Notes under the pieces: model-generated | What the model saw: only the letters and a program-made list of their open reading frames with translations | Databases searched by the model: none | Told to the model about the DNA's origin: nothing | Shown here: in pieces, positions 12,367 through 25,679 of the stretch | How the letters are laid out: each line of letters opens with the position of its first letter | Position numbering within the stretch: the first letter of the stretch is position 1 | Origin: Octopus sinensis | Taxonomy: Eukaryota | Direction of reading: 5' to 3' | Length of the DNA: 64,000 bases | NCBI RefSeq assembly: GCF_006345805.1 | Contig: NC_043016.1 | Span: 2,790,001 to 2,854,000, forward strand | Program-made: the position numbers and the translations under genes

Positions 12367-13210
12367 GACCTTCTATTTATACATGTTCTAAAATCAACAC
12401 AGCCTTGGTTTTTTTTTTATCTCATTACGAAAATTTTCTTTTTATATATATATACCTACATAGATATATATGCATAAGTATACTTATATACCTATATATT
12501 TATACGCATTTGTATACATATATGCATGTGTATTTGTGTATGTGTATGTGTGGATACCTGAGTGTTGTATCTCGAAGCAGAGATAGAAACAAATGCATCA
12601 AAATAATTGGGTAGGCAAACCCCTTCTTTGAAAAAGTTGAAGGTTACCCGTGAGACACGAATCCCCGCGCATCCTTGTGGTACTTATCCGGTAAGATGAA
12701 ATGCAATCGACCCTGGTGGAATTTAAACGGACGAAATGGCGCTTAAAATAGTGAGTTTACCGAGAAAACTGTCCATATATTTCTTGTGCAATATCACCTC
12801 CATCATTCTGAAAGCTCGTGTCTCATTTGCTTTCTTTCGACAAGAAACACCACACAGTTACAATGTATTTTAAAGTGGAATGTGCGAATAGTGACATTTT
12901 TGTATTCTTCCAAATGATTAGTACCATGAAGTATATTCTATGAGGAATAGAAACCAAAGTGCAAAAGTGGGTGGCCAGAAGCTTTCTACTTGGTCTTCGG
13001 CAACAAATAAACATATTTCATAATTGTTAGATGAACGCATAGTCTTCCGATCGGCAGAAATTATTTTTTGTCTCACCTCAATCAGACGCATGCCATATAA
13101 AGTATGAGTGGCTGCGGAGGAGCTGTTGTTCAAAGCTTATTGACACGAGTGAAGATGGAACTCAACACTACAGTTCTTCATTTCTTTTCCATACCCCCAG
13201 TTCCATCTCC

Positions 13211-13296
13211 TTAGAGCCACCATCTGTTTACCGCACAACGTGACCTGCAGCTGTTTAAGGTGGAGATCAACGGAACTGACCCTCCTGTTTCCGCTG
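13211..13296 (-). CDS. Putative terminal coding exon (E10) of the minus-strand gene
   Basis: Acceptor aatttctcttattcag (AG 13298-13297). Phase-1 frame AAETGGSVPLISTLNSCRSRCAVNRWWL*. Other donors and frames are possible. Confidence 0.4.
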
Positions 13297-13653
13297 CTGA
13301 ATAAGAGAAATTGCATCTTACGAATGAACCTTGCCATTATCAAATCTTCAACAACACACGCTTACACCACTTTGGAAAGTCATTATAAAATACAAAAATA
13401 AAATAACAAAACAAATAATCATGAAATCTGTTGTGTTTGGATGGTTGAGACGCGGCAGTAATTGGAATATGATCAAATATAGTGGTATTACAGTACGTTC
13501 GTACTTATGTACGTATGCATGTATGTATGTGCATGTATGTATGTATGTATATATGTATGTATGTATGTATGTATGTGGTATGTATGTATGCATGTATGTA
13601 TGTATGTATGTTGTATGTATGCATGTATGCATGTATGTATGTATGTATGTATG

Positions 13654-13700
<47 letters not shown>

Positions 13701-13944
13701 CACATACACACACGCTCATCTAAGTTTATATGTTAGTGTTTGACTATATCTAAGTATTTATTTCTCTACCTTTCACCTTCCTTCCTCTTTCTCCGTCTGT
13801 CTGTCCCCCTCTCTCTCTCTCTCCCTTACTGCTTCGACGTTCGAATAAGCATAAGCCCGTTCATATATAATGTAGGCCCATAAAGAGATGCTTAACTACA
13901 TAAGTAATAGTAGGACTTATTAATTCGTCTTTTGCTTAATATCA

Positions 13945-13991
<47 letters not shown>

Positions 13992-14341
13992 TGGAAGGTT
14001 TGGAGATGATGTACAGGTATTATATATTAGAAGAAATGAGGTAATCAGAAGATCGGATGGTTCATATTTACAGATATTTATTATATATTACATTTTTTAC
14101 ATATATATATCATATCATTCAGATCATTAGTGCTTTCTCCCATTCTAGTGGGATATATATGTAAAAATGTAAATATAAATAAATATCTGTAAATATGAAC
14201 CATCCGATCTTCTGATTACTTCATTCTTCTAATATATATATATATACATACGTACACATGCGCAAACTCAGATAGATTCTATCTATTAGATATATTAATA
14301 TCTATCTTTATATATATATATATTATACATATGTATAAGTG

Positions 14342-14396
<55 letters not shown>

Positions 14397-14689
14397 CTTT
14401 ATTTAAAGCAGCAGAAAATTCAACAAAACCCTGTTACTCTGAGTTTCGCGTTGTCGTTCATATATAAAAAATATACGCATGTGTGTGTATCTAGATACAT
14501 ACATACATACATAGATATACACATATATATATTTACACAAATAAATATCGAAGAATGGGAATGGGATTTTCTTTTCGTGAAAAAATTTAACTTATTACAT
14601 GTATAAACGCAATACATTTACATATAATATGTCGCACGCGCGCGCGAATACGGCATATTCTTACACACATGCATACATATGAATATATG

Positions 14690-14726
<37 letters not shown>

Positions 14727-15430
14727 CATATATATCTGCATACATATGTATATATATATATATATACATATGCATATATGTATATATATAAATGTATATA
14801 TGTATATATATATATATATGTGAGTGTGTGTGTATGTGCACTATTATATATTCACCCGTACACAGATATTACATAATAACATATGTGTATGCGTAAATTA
14901 GAAAGATATGAGGCATAAATGCTTACGGACAACCGCATGTATATAACTTTGTGTATATCCATCTGTCGGGATTTCTCTGTGTATATGTGCGTATACATTT
15001 ATATATATACATACAAAAATCTATCTATATATTATTATATATATAGAAAAAAATGGATGTAGATATGTGTGTTTATCTCTGTGTGTTTTGCCTGTTTGTG
15101 TGTGTGTGTGTGTGTGTCAATGCACGCACACATACGTTAATGCTTTAATTAATCAAAAACAAACGTCATTTTAAAAAAGCCTATAGCTACTTGTCATTTT
15201 TGTTGAATTTATGGCACAAAAATTTAAAATATTGAAGAATTCTATTTATAATCCTAATTAAAAAATAAAAGCATACATACATCGATACATACATAAGTAC
15301 ATATATAATGTTTATATATATATAACTGTTTATATATATATATATATTATATAAACTGTTTATATATATATATATATAAACATTATATATGTATATATAT
15401 ATATATATATATGCATACATATTATATATG

Positions 15431-15466
<36 letters not shown>

Positions 15467-15545
15467 TACATACACATATATATATACATATATACATACA
15501 GAGAGTGAGAGATAGATAAAACGGGAAAAATTAAAATTACAGTAT

Positions 15546-15600
<55 letters not shown>

Positions 15601-15667
15601 AGGTACGTATGTATCCTGAAGCGGTTTTCTTTTTCCGCCATTGTTCCCCATTCGATAACCTTTTTAC

Positions 15668-15715
15668 CAAACATTTTAAATCTTTCCTCCTTTCCATTCC
15701 ACTTAGTGATATTTT
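15668..15715 (-). CDS. Putative exon E9
   Basis: Strong acceptor ttctttactgttctttactgttacag; donor G|gtaaaa; 48 nt; phase-1 (Q)NITKWNGKEERFKMF. The phase-0 frame is also open, so the donor is uncertain. Confidence 0.5.
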
Positions 15716-15851
15716 CTGTAACAGTAAAGAACAGTAAAGAATAGTAGAAGCGGAAGCTACAAATTAATTGCCCATATTATTAGCTTTTGTTGGTAATGCT
15801 TAATGTTCTTCTCACTCTTGTTGCTGTTTAATGTTATTATCACTGTTGTTC

Positions 15852-15887
<36 letters not shown>

Positions 15888-15920
15888 CTGTGTGTGTGTG
15901 TATGTGTGTATGTATGTGTA

Positions 15921-15958
<38 letters not shown>

Positions 15959-15989
15959 GATGCATATATATATGTGTGTGTATATATGT

Positions 15990-16379
15990 ATATATATTAC
16001 TACTACTACTACTACTACTACTACTATTATTATTATTATTATTATTATCATTATTCTATTGTTACTATTTACTATTACTTTTCGTCATGACACCAGTGTT
16101 GTTGTCATGATGATCATCATGGCCATTATCATTATCCTCACCATCACCACCACCATCATCATCATCATCATCATCATCACCATCACCATTACCATCACCC
16201 TCACCATCACCATCACCATCACCATCATCATCGTCACCACCATCATCGCCATCATCATCATCATAATCATCATCACCCTCACCATGACCCTCACCATCAT
16301 CATCATCATCATCATCACCACCATCACCATCACCCTCACCCTCACCATCACCATCACCACCATCATCATCGTCACCACC

Positions 16380-16410
<31 letters not shown>

Positions 16411-16500
16411 TCATCACCATCACCATCACCATCATCGTCACCACCATCATCAACATCATCACCATCATCATCATCATCATCATCATCAACAGTAGTAGCA
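15990..16500. repeat. (CTA)n/(TTA)n/(ATC,ACC)n microsatellite with internal higher-order duplication
   Basis: Direct inspection. Confidence 0.95.
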
Positions 16501-16938
16501 ATAGTAGTAATGTTCCTGTTGATGTATACATGGTATTGGTATCACATTGCTGATGCATTTGTTGCCAGTGCCGCCAGTGGCACTGTCGTTTATGGCACCA
16601 CTCCTCCAGCTGTTACTTTCTGTGGTTTTATTGACACTGCTGTTGTTGTTGTTGTTTCTCTAGTTTTTGTTTCGTAGTTTATTATCGTGCTTGTGTTGTT
16701 TCCATCGGTTCGTTGTAGGTGGTCATGGTTGTCTCATTGTTCGTTTACTTGATTATTGTTTATTTTATCTGTTTGTTATTGTTGTAGTTGTCGTGGCCGC
16801 TGATGCCATTACTGATTTAAGAGTAGGTTCACCAACGGAAACTTTACAACAAAATAAAGCGGCAATGCAATACGCGACACCAAAACCGAAAACAACATCA
16901 AGAGAATCGAAATTACCGAATTACAGCAACTAAATAGT

Positions 16939-16970
<32 letters not shown>

Positions 16971-17049
16971 ATGTTAAAAAAAACAACAAATAACTAAAAC
17001 AATATTTTGTTGCTACAACAAAAACTATCAGAAGGAAAAGCAGTAGTAG

Positions 17050-17073
17050 TAGTAGTAGAATAATAATAATGAC

Positions 17074-17134
<61 letters not shown>

Positions 17135-17208
17135 TATGATAATGATAATAATAATAATAATAATAATAATATAATAATAATAATAATAATAATAATATTA
17201 AATAATAA

Positions 17209-17256
<48 letters not shown>

Positions 17257-17731
17257 TAATAATAATAATAATAAGAAGAAGAAGAAGAAGAAGAAGATGA
17301 AGAAGAAGAATTGAAGGAAGAAGCGAAAAGGGATAATATTAATATGAACAATAGCGACTAATAACGTGAAACCTCAAAATCGGAAAACCACAAACCACAC
17401 GACCGCTGGATGGTGATCTAACGAACTCTATCGACTCCCCCCTGCCCCATCACACTAACCTCACATCCGTCTACTTTGACACCTAGCCATTCTTTAAGTA
17501 CTTAGAAGTGTCACCCATACGACTTGTCCGCAATCAGAAACCTAACATTGGGACAAAGCTACACTGGACAGTTGCGATGTTTTATTCTTTCATTTAGCCA
17601 TTTCCGGGAAATTAATGGCTTCTTCTAACGATGCATCAACGTGACAGCCATCAGGCAAAACCGAATATATATATATATATATATAATATATATACATATA
17701 TACATATACATTATATATATTATTTATATAT

Positions 17732-17765
<34 letters not shown>

Positions 17766-17808
17766 AATATATGTATATATATATATACATATATATTTAT
17801 ATGTAATA

Positions 17809-17850
<42 letters not shown>

Positions 17851-18192
17851 TAAAATATATATATATAATATATATACGCATACTAGATATATATATACAC
17901 ATATATATATATATACGCATACATATTATATATATACACATATGCGTCTGTGTATGCAAGCATATATTGTGCACATGAATATATACATACATATATATGT
18001 ATATACATGTACACATACAATATATAAATAAATACACACACCGCCAAACACACACACACACGCACATATATGTATATATATATATATATATATTGATAGA
18101 TAGATATAAAACATATGCATATATATATGTATATATGTATACATGCATATTATATGTATATATATATATATCTACATATAGGCATATATTAT

Positions 18193-18223
<31 letters not shown>

Positions 18224-18300
18224 CATACGTACGCACACATATATTCAAATATATACACATACATACTCACATATAGTAGTATATGTGTGTGTGGTGTGTG
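17050..18300. repeat. (AAT)n/(GAA)n tract (17050-17310) and a long degenerate (TA)n/(CA)n tract (17650-18300)
   Basis: Direct inspection. Confidence 0.95.
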
Positions 18301-18648
18301 GGTGTGTGTGTGAGTGTAGTTTCGTTCTGACATCGAAAAATCGACAAAATCACAGCCTTCTCAACTTCATTACCGCCACAGTCATTTCTACCACTAATAT
18401 CACTGTAATAACCACCACTACCACCAACACAGCCACCACCACTACCACCACTAAACAGCACTAGTTGTAGCACTGCCACCAAACTAAATTACTATTAGCA
18501 ACTACATTCACTACAACACCCCCAAACAACACCGAATGAACAACACGATCATCATTACAGACGACGTCATAGCCACAACTTCATTACAATCGACAACAAA
18601 GAGAATACTACGCAATTCATTATACTCATGTATATCCGCATGTGCATG

Positions 18649-18688
<40 letters not shown>

Positions 18689-18776
18689 GTATAATACATA
18701 CATATATATACATATATATAGTATGTATTATATACATAAGTATATATATATACATATACATATATATACATACATC

Positions 18777-19035
18777 TCTATATATATAAAACTGAAAATG
18801 TGTGTCTGTCTGTCTGTGTGTTCTCTAAACTTGCGAACTACAGAACCAATTTCATTCAAATTTTACATATGCCTTACTTAGGGTCCATGTAGTTTAATGG
18901 GCAAAAAAATGTTCAACTGTTTGCCTAGGGCGAGCCCATAGCAATATCATATCTTCTCCGCTATTTCAGTATTACGTATTAAAAGTGAAAGAAAAACATT
19001 TCTCTATTTTATGTCAGATACTTTCACTTTAACAA
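18777..19035 (+). mobile_element. Non-autonomous Helitron-like element, 5' region
   Basis: Starts TCTATATATATAAAACTGA, then (CTGT)n and AACCAATTTCATTCAAATTTTAC; homologous to 53779-54065. No CTRR 3' end found. Confidence 0.6.
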
Positions 19036-19709
19036 TTAAAATTAGAGATAATAATAACAATTGATTATATGTAGTAGTAATAAGTGAAATCAAGCTAAAG
19101 TATAATATAATCGTAACATAAACAAAAGTAAAAATAGCATTGGTATAAAATTGCATCAATGACTTGAACTTGAATAAGTGGTTTCACATAAAATGGAATA
19201 AATCAAAAATAATAAAATTAGTGTGCAGAAATGGAATAGTCCCGCTTTTACATTAGATTATCTGCTAATTAGATAGCGTTAAGTATCTATTTGAAGTTTG
19301 GCTGTATGTAATGTCTGTTTTCTCGAACAGCCGCTCCTACTGAGTACTGCTGTTGGTTTATTTCTTATACATAAAGGACTATAGCTTCAACTGCGTACTG
19401 CTTTTCGATTCACCGTAAGTTTTGTTGTTATTATTATAACTGTTTAACTATTGTTATCACGTTTGTTGGTTCCTCGTAAGAGAAACGTTGTTGTATTGCA
19501 TTTGTTAAATAATTGTAAACCGTAGCCCTCCCCCTTTGGGAGAAGGGGCTTTGGTTATTGTTTAAAAATTGAATTCTGTACCTGTTTGGGGAAAATGACC
19601 ATATTTACACTGTTTATACGGAGGCATTTTTGTTAAAATGCCTTCGATAGAAGAAAGTCCAAAAATGAATTTCGTTGCCGCCATCGGCGGGCGCGAACTC
19701 ATTAAAATT

Positions 19710-20170
19710 AAAATGGAAGAAATACAAACCAATTTCGGATTGATCACCGACAAAGATGGTGAATCTAGGATAACACCACCAACCGAAATAAAAAATTAAA
19801 TTAAAAAAAAGACTATTGTCTATAAGGTATACAATGTAGAATAAAAAAGATTCGAACACCTGGAGGAAAGCACCGTCATAAAGTGTTTTGGTGCGAATTT
19901 GAAAGATATCAAGTATCTAACCAGAGGCGGTACATTCGCCATAGTAGAAGCAATGCTCAAGTCAACGGAGCGTGCAAGGGAGTACTCGACTCGAACCTTA
20001 CAAAGTGGAAATATTTTATTTTTACATTTATATCTGGGACGTAGGACGTCCCGGATAAAAATTAAAATTGTCCCCCCCGAAGTAGAGGTAGGCTGGATTG
20101 TAGCCACACTTCTATACAAGAGGGAAGACAAGATACAATTGATCGAAATTGCAAGAGACGGGTCTACAAT
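19710..20170 (+). mobile_element. LINE ORF1-like fragment (L1/Tx1-type)
   Basis: DIKYLTRGGTFAIVEAMLKSTERAREYS...YLGRRTSRIKIKIVPPEVEVGWIVA aligns by eye to the ORF1 at ~33790-34000, which lies upstream of an APE endonuclease. Confidence 0.55.
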
Positions 20171-20331
20171 TCAAGTTTGTTATATATTTTGAGTATTGTT
20201 ATCACTAGCGATATCAAGATATAACTTTGTATTTTGTATTTTATGTGTAGATGTATATATATAGATGTACATGTAATATGTACACATATATACATTTACA
20301 TACATACATACATATATATATACATACATAT

Positions 20332-20378
<47 letters not shown>

Positions 20379-20419
20379 TCTATAATATAATATATATATA
20401 AATACATATATATAGTCAA

Positions 20420-22140
20420 ATTTACAAGAAAAGCAAAAAAAAAACGAAGACAGGTGTAGAGACAACAAGCAGGTTGAAACTTAAGAAAAATTAGTTTGAA
20501 CTTTGGTAAAATGGAAAAGACCTTTACATTTCGAGCCTGAGCTCTTCGACAGAAAGGATAAGAGGGAAAAAATGGAGAGTAATGAAAAAATAAATAAATA
20601 AATAAAGCGGAGATCGAAAACAACCGCGTAAAGTTCAGCGTTCCAACATTGTATATGGGTAGAAAAAAGTGGTTGAATGAAAGGGAGACAATAATGGTGA
20701 TCTCAACGAAATAAGGTGCGTAAGCGTGTGTGTATGGAGGAATGGTGTGTGTGTGTGTGTGCGTGTGTATGTCTGTGTGAATGTCTATAAGTGTATGTGT
20801 GAACGGGGGCGAGAGTGTCTGACGTGTGTGTATGAGTGTGACGTGTGCGTAACGTGGGTGGGTGTGGTTTTTGGGGGTGTAACGTGTGTGTGTGTGTGCG
20901 TTGTGTGTAGCTGCTGATGTGTGCTTTTCAAGTAGTGTGTGCACATGTGTATGTGTGTGTGTGTTTGTGACCAAATAGTGTGCATGTGTTTAGTTTATGA
21001 TTGTGGGCAAAAGTTATCTTTGTTTATTCGTGTTGGGTGAGTCTACTCGTGTTTCGTGTGAGTGTATATATAGTCTGTATTCGGGTAATATATACTTTGT
21101 GGATGTGAGAGTATATATTGTCTGTGTTCAGGTATTATAAACTTGTGTGGTTGTGGAAGTGTGTATGACGGTGTGTGGTGTGTGTACTAAGTAAAACAGT
21201 GTGTGTGGGCGTGTAGTGTGAGTGTTGAGAAGCGGTCAGTGCTAGTGTATGCGGAATGGGAAGGTGTTGTGGGTGTGTGTGTAATGGTGTGTGAAGTGAG
21301 AAGTGAGTTGAGCAGTGTGTATGGATGTGTGTATAGTGGTGCATGTCTGAAAGTATGAAGGTGGGTAGGTAGAGGGGTAGTTGTGTGGGAATCCCAGTGG
21401 AGTTGGTGTCAGATGAAGAGTGGAGGTGAGTTGAACCCATATGGCGCAAAGGAACGAAAAGAGATTAATCCTGTCAGGGCAAAGATAGGAGTCTGGGTGG
21501 TCCTTGTGCAGAGACAGTCCGAAACGATCAGCCAAGTGGTGTCCCATATGACCAATCTACAAGGATGGACAGAGAGAGTAGGAGATGCAGTAAATAACAT
21601 TACTAGAGGTGCAGGTAAAGTAGTCGGTGACGTGATGGAGATGGTGATGGGTGCTTGTGAGGATGGTAGTGTTGGAGAGGTAGGAACGGGTGTGAAAGCG
21701 TGGGCAGGATCAGGGGAATGAGCCAGGATGGGAGTCGGGTGTACGGAAGGAATTGTGGACCAGTAGGTCCGCAGGTTATGAGCTCGTTTGAAGGGGGGGG
21801 AAGGGGTAGGCTGGGTTAGATGTGTCAGGTGGAGGGTGGACTGGAGTTGTCGGAAGGCTCGAAAAATGGTGCGTTGGAAAGATACGGTGGAGAGGTGGTA
21901 GGTGAGGGGAAACAGAAGACGGATAAAGGTGGAACAGGTGCGAGGAGAGAGAGCAGAGGCATGGTTCACAGATCAAACCCGGACAAAGATAGTGTGCACA
22001 ATGGTGAGGGGAAGGAAGCCATTATACAGGGGCAAGGGCAAGGGCAAGGTCGAGGTATTTGGAGATCCTTTCCGTGGGGCAGTTGCAGGCAGAGAAGATG
22101 GGGCGGTCAGGATTGTTGGGCTTGTGAATTTTGGGAAGAA
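20420..22140 (-). mobile_element. Internally deleted Penelope-like element with 3' pLTR
   Basis: RT N-terminus LPKIHKPNNPDRPIFSACNCPTERISKYLD; FPLTYH; FKRAHNLR; GIY-YIG region FTCTSSNVIYCIS.SLCPSL*IGHMGHHLADRF; end APYGFNSPPLFI*. HHR-like motif at 20521-20557. Confidence 0.85.
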
Positions 22141-22222
22141 ATATACACACATACACACACCCGTACATACGTGAGCATACACACACACACACACACACAC
22201 ATACACAAACACACACACACAC

Positions 22223-22253
<31 letters not shown>

Positions 22254-22598
22254 CATAAGTTAGAACGCCAGCGCACATACGCATATATATGTATACACAG
22301 AAAGACAGAGATAGATTGAAAGATGAATAGTTAGATAGATAAGTAGATAGAAAGATAGAGATAGAGAGAGAGAGAGAGAGATGGAGAGGGAGAGAGAGAG
22401 TGAGAGACAGTGAGAAAGAGTGGAGAGAATGAATGAAAGATATGAACTTGGTAAGGTTTATCTGAAGTCGGCTAATCAAGACATTTATTTACTGAGTGCT
22501 TTAACTAGTTATAACTAATTAAGTTGTTGGAGCCAATGTGTATGGAAAATAAAAATTAATAATTAATCGCAAATATTCCCATATACAAAAAGTGTTAC

Positions 22599-22712
22599 GT
22601 ATATTTGCCTTATGGTAAGCGTCCGATGCTTGTTGAAGCATATGGATATTCTTTACTCCAGTAGGTGTAGAAAGAGGTAGGTAAAATTCCGAAAGCCAGG
22701 CATAAATGTCTT
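22599..22712 (-). CDS. Putative exon E8
   Basis: Acceptor cctattttctcgttgcag; donor C|gtaaca; 114 nt; only phase 1 open: (E)DIYAWLSEFYLPLSTPTGVKNIHMLQQASDAYHKANI. Confidence 0.6.
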
Positions 22713-23740
22713 CTGCAACGAGAAAATAGGACAGGAAGATACAAGTTGAACGATAAAAGTGGGTTTATATATACAAAAAGGAAATCAAAAGGTAAAAGAG
22801 AAAATATTAAAATAACGAAATAGTTAAAGTATTTCCAACTTGCTGAACTAGTAAATAGTTCTGATTTATAGCAATTTTAATCAATGTTAAAGGGACAACG
22901 ACCGCGAAGCTTAACTATCACTAGCTTTTGGCTACGACGACTTGAAAAATATAGCAATGAAACACGCAAAGTAGACGTTCACAAATACCCGAGAATAATT
23001 TTTGTATATGAAATTGCACAGGAAATATTTTAAGAAATCGGAATATTCTCTTAGATAGTACTTAATTTTTTAAGGTAATCAAATTAATATTTCATAAAAT
23101 TGGTTCTATGTTGCCACAATTCCTGCTAAAGATGGTGTATCAGAGCGCACGCATAAACACTTATACACATACATATTTACATACATAATACATCTACATA
23201 GAACAGACACACATTCACATACCTCGTCATGCTTGCACATAGACATAGCTACACATACACACAGTTATACATGTACACATATACACAGTTATTCTCATAT
23301 ACATTTATACATTCACACATGCACATACACACGCAGTAGCCGCATGAGAGAAAATGCGAGAACTATTGCATGATCGCTTGACATGCTAGAAATAATAATC
23401 AAATTCCTTTTAAATAGGATCGTGCAATCTTAAAATACATGCCAATACAAATAATGTAATCCTAATTACTCTGTCTCAGACAAGTTAAGATTGTTGCAAG
23501 CAAAATGCATTTCATAAGAAATGTGACCGGGGCTAGACGACAATAACAATTTCAACATTACGAATGACAAAACCAAGATGATGAGCACGGTAACAACGAC
23601 AAAATTAGAGAAGGTTCACACAGATTATTAAATAAATCAACGAAATTACCTTTAAAATTCACTCTTCTATCTCGAGGAAAAGCAAATGTGAAAAGCAAAA
23701 CGAATCTTCGATACTGTAGCTCTTAAAGCACGAATCAATG

Positions 23741-24137
23741 TCTTTTCTACTCTAGGTACAAGGCCTGAAATTTTGGGGGAAGGATGCCGTCGATTAGATC
23801 GACCCCAGTACGCAATTAGTATTTTCATTTATCGACCTCGAAAAGATGAAGGGCAAAGTCGACCTCAGCGGAATTTGAACTCAGAACGTAAAGGCAGACG
23901 AAATACCTATCTCTTTACTGCTCACAAGGGTCTAAACACAGAGAGGACAAACAAGGACAGACAGACGGGTTAAGTCGATTATATTGACTCCAGTGCCTAA
24001 CTGGTGCTTATTTAATCGACCCCGAAAGGATGAAAGGCAAAGTCGACCTCGGAGGAATTTGAAATCAGAACGTAGCGGCAGACGAAATACCGCAAAGTAT
24101 TTCACCTGGCATATTAACCTTTCTGCCAACTCACCCC
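23741..24137 (-). mobile_element. SINE family A, dimeric form
   Basis: Head + core + tail 1, restart at GTATTTCGTC (~23907), core + tail 2. Confidence 0.9.
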
Positions 24138-24290
24138 CTTGCACAATCAATGTCTGAAACGAAATAAGTGATCGACACGAATGGTTTGTCCTTGATCATA
24201 AATCTAGCATAGGTCGACTCATCACGAGGAGTGATAATAAAAAAACATAGAAATAACAAAGTATGTTACAATGTCTTAAAGTTTACTTAC

Positions 24291-24341
24291 CTGCAGTGGC
24301 CGTAAATACTGTTGCCAACTTTAGAAATGATTTAGGCCATG
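24291..24341 (-). CDS. Putative exon E7
   Basis: Acceptor tatttttgctaattgtttag; donor CAG|gtaagt; 51 nt; only phase 1 open: (A)WPKSFLKLATVFTATA. Confidence 0.75.
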
Positions 24342-24398
24342 CTAAACAATTAGCAAAAATATTTTGTAATCATGCACAAGATTCACAGTTTATATGTC

Positions 24399-24442
<44 letters not shown>

Positions 24443-24444
<2 letters not shown>

Positions 24445-24614
24445 CGTAGGAGTGGCTGTGTGGTAAGTAGCTTGTTTACCAACCACATGGTTCCGGGTTC
24501 AGTCCCACTGCGTGGCACCTTGGGCAAGTGTCTTCTACTATAGCCTCGGGCCGACCAAAGCCTTGTGAGTGGATTTGTAGACGGAAACTGAAAGAAGCCC
24601 GTCGTATATATGTA

Positions 24615-24662
<48 letters not shown>

Positions 24663-24700
24663 TATGCGTGGGGTGTTTGTGTGTCCGTGTTGTTCCCCTA
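24443..24700 (+). mobile_element. SINE family B/C: B module, (TA)n, start of C
   Basis: Near-consensus B module; truncated by the adjacent RTE fragment. Confidence 0.88.
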
Positions 24701-24945
24701 GCATTGTGTCATCGGCGTTCCTCAGATTGCAAACCTTTCTCCGCCAATCTGCACAACACCGTCGTAGTTCACCTTCACCGCTCTTACGATGTTTTTCACA
24801 GATATGGAGACAGAACACATCCCTGTCGGACACCCCTCTCGATGCCGAACCACTCCGTGTCACCGACGGACGTCCTAACAGATGACTGTTGATCTTGATA
24901 TAGTCACGCCAACAGTGCGACCAAGTGTTCAGGAAATCTCATGCC
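24700..24945 (-). mobile_element. RTE-clade LINE RT fragment
   Basis: FPEHLVALL..LYQDQQSSVRTSVGDTEWFGIERGVRQGCVLSPYL...IGGE..CNLRNADDTML. Confidence 0.85.
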
Positions 24946-25149
24946 CACAGACGAAGGCCTTAAAGTAGTCGATGAAACACACGTAAAGTAGGATGTTACA
25001 TTCTTATACTATATATATATATACATATAGACACACACACACACATACACACACACACATATATATAGAGAGAGACATATATATATATATATACACACAC
25101 ACATATATAAACATACACACGCGCGCGCGCACACACACGCAGACATATC

Positions 25150-25497
25150 TCTTATTCTTTTATTTGTTTCAGTCATTTGACTGTGGCCATGCTAGAGCAC
25201 CACCTTTAGTCGAATAAATCGACCCCAGAACTTATTCTTTATAAGCCTAGTACTTATCCTATCGGTCTCTCTTGCCGAACCGCTAAGTTACGGGAACGTA
25301 AACACACCAACATCGGTTGGCAAGTGATATTGGAGTGGCAAACACACACACATACACACACGCTTTCACACACACACACACACACACACGCACGTATATA
25401 GGCAATAGTAGAAGACACTTACCCAAACTGTCAGGCAAGGGACTGAACCCAGAACCAAGTTGTTGGTAAGCAAGCTACCTACCATACAGCCATAAAT
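25150..25497 (-). mobile_element. SINE family B/C, complete architecture
   Basis: B head, (TG)n, C module, tail GGTGGTGCTCTAGCATGGCCACAGTC...GAAACAAATAAAAG. Confidence 0.88.
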
Positions 25498-25503
25498 ACA
25501 TAT

Positions 25504-25540
<37 letters not shown>

Positions 25541-25679
25541 TGTATACATATATACAAGCATATGTGTGTGCGTTTATATATATGCCTGTATGTGTATGTC
25601 TATGTATACACTTATATATATGTATATATATCTATATATATATATCTATATATATATTATTTATTTATTTATTTATTTT

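Noticed and set aside
17597-17620. Palindrome with a STAT-like TTCCGGGAA site
   Set aside because: A single 9-bp motif with no promoter context; expected by chance in 64 kb.
24946-24985. HHR-like CAGACGAAGGCC...GATGAAAC
   Set aside because: Core altered, stem II unpaired, and spacing disrupted; too degenerate to call.
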